This document shows, in pieces, positions 1-8,140 of a DNA stretch of 24,000 bases (its first letter is position 1; every line of letters begins with the position of its first letter). The translations under genes and the position numbers were made by a program. The notes under the pieces were generated by a model. That model was not told the DNA's origin, made no database searches, and was given only the letters and a program-made list of their open reading frames with translations. This DNA comes from Nitrospira sp. CR1.1. Lineage in GTDB: Bacteria > Nitrospirota > Nitrospiria > Nitrospirales > Nitrospiraceae. Location: the NCBI GenBank assembly GCA_014055465.1, contig WIAF01000015.1, positions 64,612 to 88,611 on the forward strand. Direction: 5' to 3'.

Positions 1-283
1 CTTGTTCTCGTAATTGTTCGAGGATTTGTCCGACGGGACGCTCGCCGTCCCTGCCCAGCCGGAGATGCATGATAGTCTCCCGAAGGTACCAGATTCGCTG
101 TCCTGCATAGGCAATGGTGAGGATTGCCACAATGGAGAAAACGAGGGGGTGGATCTGTCGTCCTGTCCACCATTGAATCCATCCGTACATTGCGAGGGTG
201 ATGAAGACGAGTGAAGGGATGAGCAGGTCGCTAATTTTGTCTCGAAGTGCCTGTATTCGCTCGTCGAGGGATTGCCCCGGCAC
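1..283 (-). CDS. Partial CDS (3' end beyond the window): two predicted TM helices followed by the start of a NERD-like (nuclease-related) domain
   Basis: Minus-strand frame is open from GTG at 283 to the window edge, so it is absent from the ORF track. Translation: VPGQSLDERIQALRDKISDLLIPSLVFITLAMYGWIQWWTGRQIHPLVFSIVAILTIAYAGQRIWYLRETIMHLRLGRDGERPVGQILEQLREQ. It has two hydrophobic stretches, then an LGRDGERxVGxxLExL motif that resembles the G-x-x-GE opening of NERD domains. The start codon is uncertain (GTG 283 or ATG 190). Confidence 0.4.
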   Translation of the reverse strand, partial: MPGQSLDERIQALRDKISDLLIPSLVFITLAMYGWIQWWTGRQIHPLVFSIVAILTIAYAGQRIWYLRETIMHLRLGRDGERPVGQILEQLREQ

Positions 284-426
284 CCTAAGCGGAGGGACGT
301 TAAATGATTGGCGCCGATGCTGGAGATTGGTACGTCAGGCTGGCTCAGACATAGGCGAAGGGTTGCTTCGTTTGGCAAGGATGAGTGCGTTCCGGTAGGG
401 TGAATCTCAACGCTCTGACTTGTCCA

Positions 427-2052
427 TTAGCTGAGTATGTCGCTCAGCCGATTAAATCCAGGAGGATGCTTGAAAGCCGCGCGAATTATGCGCTCGAGTA
501 TATGAACATTCGGAACGTTGATATATGAGAGTCCGCTGTATATTTTGTCGTCTGTGGAGGAGCCAATCTGAAAATGCCCATCATTGATCCATATCTTTGT
601 ATCGTGCCACGAACACCATACCGATTCATCCCCGAACATTTTATGTTTCGTTAGCAAGACACTGTCATCTTTCACAACGACATCTCCGATGGATATTTCC
701 TCCCCGTCGCGCAATTTCCCAAGTAGGTCGATTGAAAGACGTGTGCCTACAGAGAGCCATAGTTTTTCCACAATGGACAGAAAGACAGGTTCCCGCGACA
801 GTGAGATTATTGCTTCTGATATGGAATCTCCAAACGCGATCGTATACTGTATTACGCCTGCTGACTGACGAACGCCTCCCCAGCGTACGCGTGTGATAGA
901 TGCCAAGCTGTAATTTTTGTTCTTCCACTCGATGCCTTCCGCCGAGATTCGAAACGTCTGTTTGAACAGGATTCCAATCTCAACCTGGTAGGTGATCGCG
1001 CGTCTCCATTCGTCGAGTTCTGCTACCGTTTGCTGCTGGGCTTGAATGATTTGCTGTAGAGTGGCAGCATCCTCCTCAACCCGCTCTCGAACCTCAGGCA
1101 ATTCAGCAAAAACGCTTTGAATGAGATTTGTTAAGCGCTGTGATTCCGCTACACAGCCATGCTTATTCGTCAATGTTATGGCTAGTCCTCTAATGTTAAG
1201 CGCTACCTCACGGCTGATTTCATGTTGTTGGCCTCGCGCTTTGGCGTTTAATTGAATCGGTTGAGCCACGGTATCCCAATTCCGGACTACGTGGACCAAT
1301 ACATCAATGAACTGATTAACAGCAACGCCTTTCTGTTCCGCCTCCGATTCGATGGTCGACACGATTTTCTCGATGTTGGTGGCCTCTTGCTGAAGAAATG
1401 GTTGGCTTTCTACTTCATAAGCGCCAACTACTTCATCGATCAGCATAGGTGGATTTACGCTGCCGCTCTTGGTAGCGTTATCGACCGCCAATGTAACTGC
1501 CTTAATGAGCTCAGCTGTGGGTATACGGTCTAGACACTCTTTGATCGCGGTTCGATAGTAATAAACTCGCTCTTGTAACTCGTTTGAAACGGTTTCTGCG
1601 GTTACCGGCGGAAACCCCGCTATGCTGCGATCTTCATTAAGCGAGAGGGTGATCGCCTCAGGAATGCAGTCACTAGCAAGGTTCGCCAATCGTTCAATGA
1701 GATTAGCCATCGTGAGCGCATTAACTGTATCGTCAAGACGTTCAATGGCGGCCGCGATAAGATTCGCATGAGTTAAAGCGGGCAATCCGGTTTCATCTGT
1801 AATGGACATGGGATGAGTGAGTGCTTTTTGGGCGAGTTGAGTAGCCCGATTCGGGGCTAGACCTGGCAACCAACTGAGCTCCGCTGTTAAGCGCGTACGG
1901 GGGTTGCTCAGATCAGCCCGGGCTTTTTGACAGGCTTGTGCATCGTGCTCCAGCGAACGCTCGTCGGCCAGCTCAATCAACCTCCGTCGATCATCCCTCG
2001 TCGATGCACCGAGTACCCAAAACGCGTTTTGTTCCAACGCGGTAGTGGTCAT
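427..2052 (-). CDS. 541-aa protein with a degenerate J-domain-like N-terminus (no HPD) and a beta-rich C-terminal region; last gene of the Hsp70 operon
   Basis: Long ORF whose ATG overlaps the upstream stop (ATGA at 2049-2052). The N-terminus NAFWVLGASTRDDRRRLIELADERSLEHDAQACQKARADLSNPRTRLTAELSWL follows the J-domain helix I-II / loop / helix III pattern, but EHD replaces HPD. I recognise nothing else in the protein. Confidence 0.6.
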   Translation of the reverse strand: MTTTALEQNAFWVLGASTRDDRRRLIELADERSLEHDAQACQKARADLSNPRTRLTAELSWLPGLAPNRATQLAQKALTHPMSITDETGLPALTHANLIAAAIERLDDTVNALTMANLIERLANLASDCIPEAITLSLNEDRSIAGFPPVTAETVSNELQERVYYYRTAIKECLDRIPTAELIKAVTLAVDNATKSGSVNPPMLIDEVVGAYEVESQPFLQQEATNIEKIVSTIESEAEQKGVAVNQFIDVLVHVVRNWDTVAQPIQLNAKARGQQHEISREVALNIRGLAITLTNKHGCVAESQRLTNLIQSVFAELPEVRERVEEDAATLQQIIQAQQQTVAELDEWRRAITYQVEIGILFKQTFRISAEGIEWKNKNYSLASITRVRWGGVRQSAGVIQYTIAFGDSISEAIISLSREPVFLSIVEKLWLSVGTRLSIDLLGKLRDGEEISIGDVVVKDDSVLLTKHKMFGDESVWCSWHDTKIWINDGHFQIGSSTDDKIYSGLSYINVPNVHILERIIRAAFKHPPGFNRLSDILS

Positions 2053-2747
2053 CTAATTATCCTGCTCCTCTCGCGGGGCCCTGTTTCTAAGTTCGGAGTT
2101 ACGGGATCGGAAGAGTTATGGAACCGCTTCGCACCTTCCGCTTCCAGGCGAGCGCGCTGGAGTTCCACTGCCCGTTGTGCCGCCTCATAAGTATCGTGAT
2201 GATATCGATTGTGGGAACATCGTCGATTGTAGTCGGCTATCATGCCGTCGTACCGAAAGACTTCGTACTTGTCATCAGTTTCCTGGACTTGCAGTGAGGC
2301 AGCATCGAGTCGTATCGCTTCGGCCAAGCAATATTTAAGTTGAGCAGAGGTCAAGATGCGGTCACTACCTACGGGGGGCATGTCTTCCGTAAACTCTTGC
2401 GAGAAATCGGACGGAGGAGTTGGCTTACCTGCGGCTGGTGATACTGGCCTGGAGGCACGGGGCTGAGGGGTGTTCTGGTATATGGAATAGAGGAACACCA
2501 GTACAAATACGATTCCCACGCCTGTCACGAACATTCGAACGAAAGGTCTAGGGGATTTGTCACTCGGCTGCTTTTGGCCAGTTGGATGCGAAGAACTGTG
2601 CGTGGTAGATACTACTTCGGATGGAAGACTGCTAACCGCGGCGTTTCCAGAAGATTGTGATGCCATCCAGCGGGCAACATGGACAAGACTGTCCACATCC
2701 GAAAGCATGATGGCCAATCCCTTAAAGCCAATCGCCCTGTCTTTCAT
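2049..2747 (-). CDS. Single-pass membrane protein, function unknown
   Basis: 232-aa ORF with one strongly hydrophobic segment (FVRMFVTGVGIVFVLVFLYSIY). That segment is flanked by a Ser/Pro-rich linker and a charged C-terminal domain of about 110 aa. It sits inside the operon. Confidence 0.6.
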   Translation of the reverse strand: MKDRAIGFKGLAIMLSDVDSLVHVARWMASQSSGNAAVSSLPSEVVSTTHSSSHPTGQKQPSDKSPRPFVRMFVTGVGIVFVLVFLYSIYQNTPQPRASRPVSPAAGKPTPPSDFSQEFTEDMPPVGSDRILTSAQLKYCLAEAIRLDAASLQVQETDDKYEVFRYDGMIADYNRRCSHNRYHHDTYEAAQRAVELQRARLEAEGAKRFHNSSDPVTPNLETGPRERSRIIR

Positions 2748-2773
2748 TCAAAAATAAGATCCTTTGGTTATCC

Positions 2774-4201
2774 TTAAACGAAGCCAATGCGGGCCGTGTT
2801 CGCGTTATCCGTTTGACGGGTTGGTGTTGCGTGCAAGGCCGCTAGCATATGTGCTTGCCCCAACCGTGCCTTTCCCGACCTGGCGGCCAATCGTGCGCCC
2901 TCTCGCACCATGAATGAGACATCAGACAACGGTCGTCCAGACAATGCCTTGGCGAGTGGTGTGATTTCGACATCGGGTTCAGTGGGTAAGGAAGACAGTA
3001 GGGTTGTGAGAAGATCTGCGATTTCTGGCTGAGTGGCATTCCCTACGAGGATGATATGGTCAAACCGTCCTCTTCTAAGAATGGCGGGGTCTATCATTTC
3101 AATTTTATTAGTCATGGCAACGACGAGCACTCCATGATGGACCGCTTCAGGAATCCGTCGAAGAAACTCGGCGACTTCTTCTACGCGATGATGTCCGACT
3201 CCGGGTGCTCTTTCGGCTAAGAACGCTTCCATTTCGTCAATGACGATGATTGAAGGTGAATGCTCTATGGCATCCGTAAAAACTTGAGCGACTTTTCGGC
3301 TAGTCTCGTGGATGTATGGACTCGCCACACTGGAAGCATTGATTTCGTAGCTAGGCCACCCTAAAAAATCGATCAACCGCTGCACCGCAAATGTTTTGCC
3401 ACATCCAGGTGGGCCATGAAGGACGACTGCCGATGGAAAGGTGATCCCAAGCGCCTTATAACGATCCGGATGTTCGATGATATCCACGACATGTTCGTTG
3501 AAAAACGTTTCGAGTTCTGGTCGCCCTGGTAATTCGAATCGGGCTTGGGGGGTGGTGGTACTTTTAGCGGGCTGAAGGGATGGTTGAGCGACTGCCACTG
3601 AATTGGGCGAAACGGGCTGAGAGTCCACCAGTGGTCCTTCATTGACGGAGAAGCCCGCCTCCTCAACGATATCCTTTAGGTGAGTGGCATCTAGCCAATT
3701 CAAAGTGTGAGTGAGACGCCGAAAGGATGTCACTGGGATTCGAGCACCTCCTGTGAGCCAATACCCCAACACGGTGGCATCATCGGTACAAGAACTGATG
3801 CTATAGGTAGGCAAAAGGCGTTGAAGCTTTTCGATGTAGAGTGAGTCCTGGAGCGGCGAGACACTGTCGCATGCTCTGGTCGCTTTGAGTGCGGTGGCAA
3901 AAGCAAGGGCTTCACTCTTCGAATTTGGGGCAGGTCCGGAGGAGACCGGACATAATAACTGGTCCGCAGGACTAGCGATCATAGAAAGCTGCAACGTGCC
4001 GAAGCAAAACCGAGGAAGTGTATTAGACGCTAATAAACCTGCGCAGATCCATTTTTCAGTGAGGTCTGCGGTGGCGAGCAGAGCGCGATTGCCGCCGACT
4101 GTTTGAACGATTTGCCAGCCCTGTCCCTCATACAGTGCTTGTCTCGTGGAACTACCATCGGGCAGGTGAAATCCAATTGGGAGCCAATTTACGAGCGCCA
4201 T
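2774..4201 (-). CDS. Classical-clade AAA+ ATPase (single AAA module, Cdc48/FtsH/Vps4-like) with an unrecognised N-terminal region of about 235 aa
   Basis: Walker A LHGPPGCGKT, Walker B IIVIDEMEAF, sensor-1 region VVAMTN, and second region of homology DPAILRRGRFD. The ATG lies 2 nt after the Hsp70 stop. Confidence 0.85.
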   Translation of the reverse strand: MALVNWLPIGFHLPDGSSTRQALYEGQGWQIVQTVGGNRALLATADLTEKWICAGLLASNTLPRFCFGTLQLSMIASPADQLLCPVSSGPAPNSKSEALAFATALKATRACDSVSPLQDSLYIEKLQRLLPTYSISSCTDDATVLGYWLTGGARIPVTSFRRLTHTLNWLDATHLKDIVEEAGFSVNEGPLVDSQPVSPNSVAVAQPSLQPAKSTTTPQARFELPGRPELETFFNEHVVDIIEHPDRYKALGITFPSAVVLHGPPGCGKTFAVQRLIDFLGWPSYEINASSVASPYIHETSRKVAQVFTDAIEHSPSIIVIDEMEAFLAERAPGVGHHRVEEVAEFLRRIPEAVHHGVLVVAMTNKIEMIDPAILRRGRFDHIILVGNATQPEIADLLTTLLSSLPTEPDVEITPLAKALSGRPLSDVSFMVREGARLAARSGKARLGQAHMLAALHATPTRQTDNANTARIGFV

Positions 4202-4203
4202 AG

Positions 4204-6690
4204 TTATCCAAGGACAATATTTGTTGGAGCTACCATATCGTCGTCGGCCGCGGTGCCGATCCTGGCACCCTCCAGCTGAGCAACAATGTGACGGACTTTC
4301 TCCATATCGCTCGCCCTGAGGGCTTCAGTACCGGCCGCTACCAGCTGCGCGTGTTCTTGGCAGTCAGGATATAAATGCACGGCCTCGGCAAACATCTTAA
4401 AGCGGTCAATCACGAACCAATCTTGCCTCCAAAGAATGAGGAAGTTCTTCCCGCGAAGTTCATCCAGATGCGATTCGAAGGTACTACTATAGCGCATGAT
4501 GACACTTTCAGCGGTCTTCACCAAATTTTCGAAGGTAGATATCTCCGAGGGGCGTGCGTGAGGACGCACATGCTTCTGAAAAAATGTCACAGCTTTGTCT
4601 AGTTCGAGCTGACGAATTGTCTTTAGATGTGTTTGACGAGTTTCAGCCAGCAGGCGTTTTAACTGTTGGACATCGTCGAGAGCCTGTTTGGTAGTCTCGG
4701 GATCCATCATCCCGACGGCGGTTTCAGCACGGCTCAGTCGTTCTTGGACTTCAGTCAAGCGCGGGTCGTCGACCTTTGAGACCATCTCGTCGAGGCGATC
4801 CTGGACCTGGCTGGCCTGTTCTTGAAGCAACTTGGCGGCCTTGCTGTAATCAATTTGACCCTCTTGGCGAGAATAGAAGTTTCGACTGTTTTGAAATGAG
4901 CCGCTGATTGAGGGAACTGATACTCCGAGGATGATTTGCCCGGAATCGAGAATCTCATACTCGCAGTGAAGCTCCGCTCCTGCGGATATGGCGCCATCCG
5001 AGAAATCTTGACCAGTAATTTTGAAGAGCCCGATAAAGCGATTATCCGTGATGGGGTCCTTGCAATCACCCTCCCAGAGTTTGAAATTTATTGAGTCGGC
5101 AGTGCCAGCCTTCAAGGACGTCTCAGCACGAAAGGATAATGCTCCCTTTTTGGGTAGAGGCTCGCCTTCCTGAATTAAGTAAATTAGCCCAACCGCACCG
5201 CCGATCTTGTCCTTGGCAGCGACGCCAATAGAGTGGGAAGCTGGTATGGCATCAATGGTCGCAGCTGTTCGAGATATTATCAGGTGAGACGTGTCAAGGG
5301 TTAGCGGTGACCCAGCGGCATCCAGCACATACACCTTGAAGCTATTCTCTCCCGGCCGGCTGAGGACCACGTCCACTGAGGCCCCGTCGCGAAGGGAAAG
5401 ACGACCGGAAGACCATCCGTTATCGAGACAGTCGATTTGAAACTCTGTGCCGAGGGCAATTGTGCCACTGACTTTTGCTAGAATCTTGGCTTTCAGATCA
5501 GGCGTCCGGCTTGTGTAGACAAAGGAAACCGAGACGGGTCCGCCGATCGTGATCGTTCCGCGCGATTTCTTCCGTTCTCGATTGGTTGTACTCCAGTCTA
5601 TCGATTCGGCAAATATTGCGGCCCCCTCCGCAACTGCGGTCATGGGGTTGATTTCACTCGAAGCGGCAATACCCAGTTCAGAAGATATTTTGTCGCGCAG
5701 TGGTTTGTATTGAGTGGGGCCTCCGACGAATATCATTCTTTCGACGTCTTGCGGCTCATATCCCGCTTTCCGCAAGGTAGTGCGAGCGGCCTCAATGGAA
5801 TCTAAAATTTTTGGAGCAATAAGTTCGTCAAATTCCTGTCGTTTGAACGGTACATCGACGTAAAGTTCTCTTCCGTTCTCATCTGTCAAATTGAGTTCTG
5901 TCTCGGAAAGGCTGATTAGGCTATCTTCTCGTTGTGATAACTCGATTTTAGCCTTTTCAGCCGCCCAGAGAGCCATCCGAGCCAGAGGCTTATAGCGCGA
6001 TTGCCTGTCAAACTCATCGGGTAAAGAGAAAGTGTGAAACAACCATGGCTTAACTACGGCATCGAAAATCTGGCGATCAAAGTCAGCTCCTCCGCACATC
6101 GCAATTCCGCCACCAGCTAAAAGGCTCACCCGTCCGGCTGTGCTCTGGGCGACGGCAATGTCCAGGGTGCCGCCTCCTAGGTCATAGATGCAAAAAAGGC
6201 CATCCTGCTTTCGTTGGCGCATGACGCTCATGACGGCGGCAACTGGCTCTTGCATCAGAGCGACTTGCCCGATCTGGGCAAGTGTGGCTGCAGTCGTTGT
6301 AGCGTCTTTTTGCATTTGATTGAATGCTGCTGGGACAGTGATGACAGTGCCGACTTCGTCACTATTTCGGATTTCTTCCGGTAGGTACCCAAACAGAGTC
6401 CGCAGGATTTCAGCAGAGCATTCTTCTGGCGTCATGGTGCGAGGCACAGCTGATAGATCAATTGGCGTATTAGTGCCCATGAACCGTTTAAATTTGACGG
6501 CAGCACGTTCGGGGCTTCGGGCCGCGCTTGCATATGCGCGCGAGCCGACATATTTCCCCCGTTTATCAAAAAAGATGGCTGAAGGCGTAACGTCATGTTG
6601 GTCCGGGCTCTTGTAAAGGCGTACAGTTTCACCGTTGTATGAACAAATGGCGCTATTGGTGGTGCCTAGATCGATGCCAACGTAATTCAT
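4204..6690 (-). CDS. Atypical Hsp70/DnaK-family ATPase (828 aa)
   Basis: Phosphate-1 motif GIDLGTTNS at the N-terminus, phosphate-2 IYDLGGGTLDIAV, and adenosine motif FVGGPTQYKPLRDKI. A DnaK-like beta substrate-binding segment is present (IDAIPASHSIGVAA ... NFKLWEGD ... NRFIGLFKITG). It is about 190 aa longer than DnaK. Confidence 0.9.
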   Translation of the reverse strand: MNYVGIDLGTTNSAICSYNGETVRLYKSPDQHDVTPSAIFFDKRGKYVGSRAYASAARSPERAAVKFKRFMGTNTPIDLSAVPRTMTPEECSAEILRTLFGYLPEEIRNSDEVGTVITVPAAFNQMQKDATTTAATLAQIGQVALMQEPVAAVMSVMRQRKQDGLFCIYDLGGGTLDIAVAQSTAGRVSLLAGGGIAMCGGADFDRQIFDAVVKPWLFHTFSLPDEFDRQSRYKPLARMALWAAEKAKIELSQREDSLISLSETELNLTDENGRELYVDVPFKRQEFDELIAPKILDSIEAARTTLRKAGYEPQDVERMIFVGGPTQYKPLRDKISSELGIAASSEINPMTAVAEGAAIFAESIDWSTTNRERKKSRGTITIGGPVSVSFVYTSRTPDLKAKILAKVSGTIALGTEFQIDCLDNGWSSGRLSLRDGASVDVVLSRPGENSFKVYVLDAAGSPLTLDTSHLIISRTAATIDAIPASHSIGVAAKDKIGGAVGLIYLIQEGEPLPKKGALSFRAETSLKAGTADSINFKLWEGDCKDPITDNRFIGLFKITGQDFSDGAISAGAELHCEYEILDSGQIILGVSVPSISGSFQNSRNFYSRQEGQIDYSKAAKLLQEQASQVQDRLDEMVSKVDDPRLTEVQERLSRAETAVGMMDPETTKQALDDVQQLKRLLAETRQTHLKTIRQLELDKAVTFFQKHVRPHARPSEISTFENLVKTAESVIMRYSSTFESHLDELRGKNFLILWRQDWFVIDRFKMFAEAVHLYPDCQEHAQLVAAGTEALRASDMEKVRHIVAQLEGARIGTAADDDMVAPTNIVLG

Positions 6691-7139
6691 ATGTGCGCCT
6701 TTCGAAGCATCACTGTTCCGGCTCTTTTTAGACCTGTGGGGCCCATGATAATCGGTTCGATCATCTGATCAATTAGTAGGGGTGCGTCGGATGGGAAGTC
6801 GGCAAGGTTGACAGGGTCGGCAGCAATTCCAGAATCAAAGGGCTGACCTTCTAGGTTGACGAGCGTCAGCCCAACAGCCTGAAGCTTTTCTTCTATTTTC
6901 CGGTGAAAGTATCGAAGTTGATTCGCATAGCGATCACCATCTCCAGCATCAAGTCTAGAAAGGACCTTTTGAAATAGTTTCGCGAATCGCCAACTTTCGA
7001 TGGTCATTTCGATTATGAGTTGCTGATAGGAGCCAACTGTGAGGTCGTCGCTATTGCGATCCATTTTTTTAGTAGACGTATCTGAATACAAATGCCGGGA
7101 TTGAAGAAAGCACGTCACTGCAGTGAACGGGCTCACCAT
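6687..7139 (-). CDS. Short GrpE-like nucleotide-exchange-factor candidate
   Basis: 150-aa ORF overlapping the Hsp70 start (ATGA). The C-terminal half, LQAVGLTLVNLEGQPFDSGIAADPV...IDQMIEPIIMGPTGLKRAGTVMLRKA, resembles the GrpE pattern (G-x-x-FDP ... hydrophobic ... R-x-A-x-V-x-V). It lacks the long N-terminal coiled coil. Start uncertain (ATG 7139 or ATG 7064); no clear SD. Confidence 0.45.
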   Translation of the reverse strand: MVSPFTAVTCFLQSRHLYSDTSTKKMDRNSDDLTVGSYQQLIIEMTIESWRFAKLFQKVLSRLDAGDGDRYANQLRYFHRKIEEKLQAVGLTLVNLEGQPFDSGIAADPVNLADFPSDAPLLIDQMIEPIIMGPTGLKRAGTVMLRKAHI

Positions 7140-7332
7140 CGATCACGTGTGTGAAACAAATGAAACGGAGGCAGTATACTGAAATTGATTGTATCTGGGC
7201 CACAGCCCATAAGGGGGGTACCTGAAGAAAAGTTCTCTCCCTCCAAGCGTAATGGATATAAGTTTCTATAGAATGGCAGCTAATTCTGGAAGATCTTGGA
7301 AACTTTGAGTAGTCGAGCAAAGTAGGTGGACA

Positions 7333-7760
7333 TTTGGCCGTTCCGATGGCGAGTGCCGGATCGGAATGAACGCATTGTTCCATGCGTCTGGTTTGCTCCG
7401 TGAGGTAGCGGGCGTCGATGGCGGCGGCTGTCCGCTTTAGAGGATCGAAGTTGACCTTTCCCGCGAGGAGGCGATGGCCGATTCTCTTGCAGGTTTCAAT
7501 CAGTTTATTCTGTTCCGAGCTTATTTCGTCGGAGGGGGATGCGCTCCTATATATGTGATAAGAGCAGTGATCGCTTTGCCAGCCAGATGATCCGGCGCCA
7601 AAGGTCCGAAAGTACGCAGCTTCTTGGACTTTGATGATCCCTGAGATGGATATTTTGAGTCGTGGGTATCGATGCCTACAGCATCGGCCATGAAGCGGCC
7701 AAATGTTGTATCAGACAAGTTGAGCACATAGCCGCTGACCGAGTGGAACGGTTCGTTCAA
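7333..7760 (-). pseudogene. Frameshifted and 3'-truncated Abi-like (AbiJ N-terminal / Abi_C type) abortive-infection gene remnant
   Basis: The 79-aa ORF (7521-7760) carries SGYVLNLSDTTFGRFMADAVGIDTHDSKYPSQGSSKSKKLRTF. I recall the GYVLDFS..F..F...IDIYD.KY...SKA.RLR.F N-terminal domain from Abi-type proteins. After its stop, an adjacent frame reads on as SEQNKLIETCKRIGHRLLAGKVNFDPLKRTAAAIDARYLTEQTRRMEQCVHSDPALAIGTAK. That ends in the Abi_C-like DP..AIG.AK motif, after which similarity is lost near 7333. Confidence 0.4.
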
Positions 7761-7794
7761 CGTATGTCCTTTCGATAGTCAAGGAACTCATATG

Positions 7795-8136
7795 TCATGA
7801 GTGAACTGTTGCTGTTTCAGCGTCGATCGCCGTCAGGCCTGCGACTTCAACAGGCGGATGATCCGGGAATTTTGCGATGATCGACAGGCTGCCTCCCATG
7901 GCTTCGATGTAGCTGCGCAGTGTTGAAATCAAGAGGTCGCTGCGCTTTTCGAGGCGGGACACCCCTTCCTGTCCGATGCCGAGGGTTTCGGCAATGCGTT
8001 CCTGGGTGTGCCTGTGGGCCTGGCGCAATTCACGCAAGGTCATTTCCTGCGCGATCAGTTGAGCCGCGCGCGCTTCGACCTTCTTCCGGCGCGCCGCCGG
8101 CAGCTTCTTCATTTTATCTTTCAGTGTGGTAGCCAT
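7795..8136 (-). CDS. XRE-family HTH antitoxin (HigA-like)
   Basis: MATTLKDKMKKLPAARRKKVEARAAQLIAQEMTLRELRQAHRHTQERIAETLGIGQEGVSRLEKRSDLLISTLRSYIEAMGGSL is the typical architecture of antitoxins paired with the toxin below. I prefer the ATG at 8136 over the track start at 8181, because 8181 would overlap the toxin gene. Confidence 0.8.
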   Translation of the reverse strand: MATTLKDKMKKLPAARRKKVEARAAQLIAQEMTLRELRQAHRHTQERIAETLGIGQEGVSRLEKRSDLLISTLRSYIEAMGGSLSIIAKFPDHPPVEVAGLTAIDAETATVHS

Positions 8137-8140
8137 GATG

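Noticed and set aside
14-398. Plus-strand ORFs 14-214 and 198-398 (66 aa each)
   Set aside because: Both are short with no SD, and their products look compositionally odd. The opposite strand gives a coherent TM-TM-NERD-like protein that is open to the window edge. I treat the plus-strand ORFs as shadows.
7069-7383. 104-aa minus-strand ORF upstream of the GrpE-like gene
   Set aside because: Only its first roughly 17 residues (…DPALAIGTAK) look protein-like, and they continue an upstream frame without a start codon. The rest is low-quality sequence overlapping the operon start. I interpret it as the degenerate tail of the Abi-like pseudogene, not a gene.
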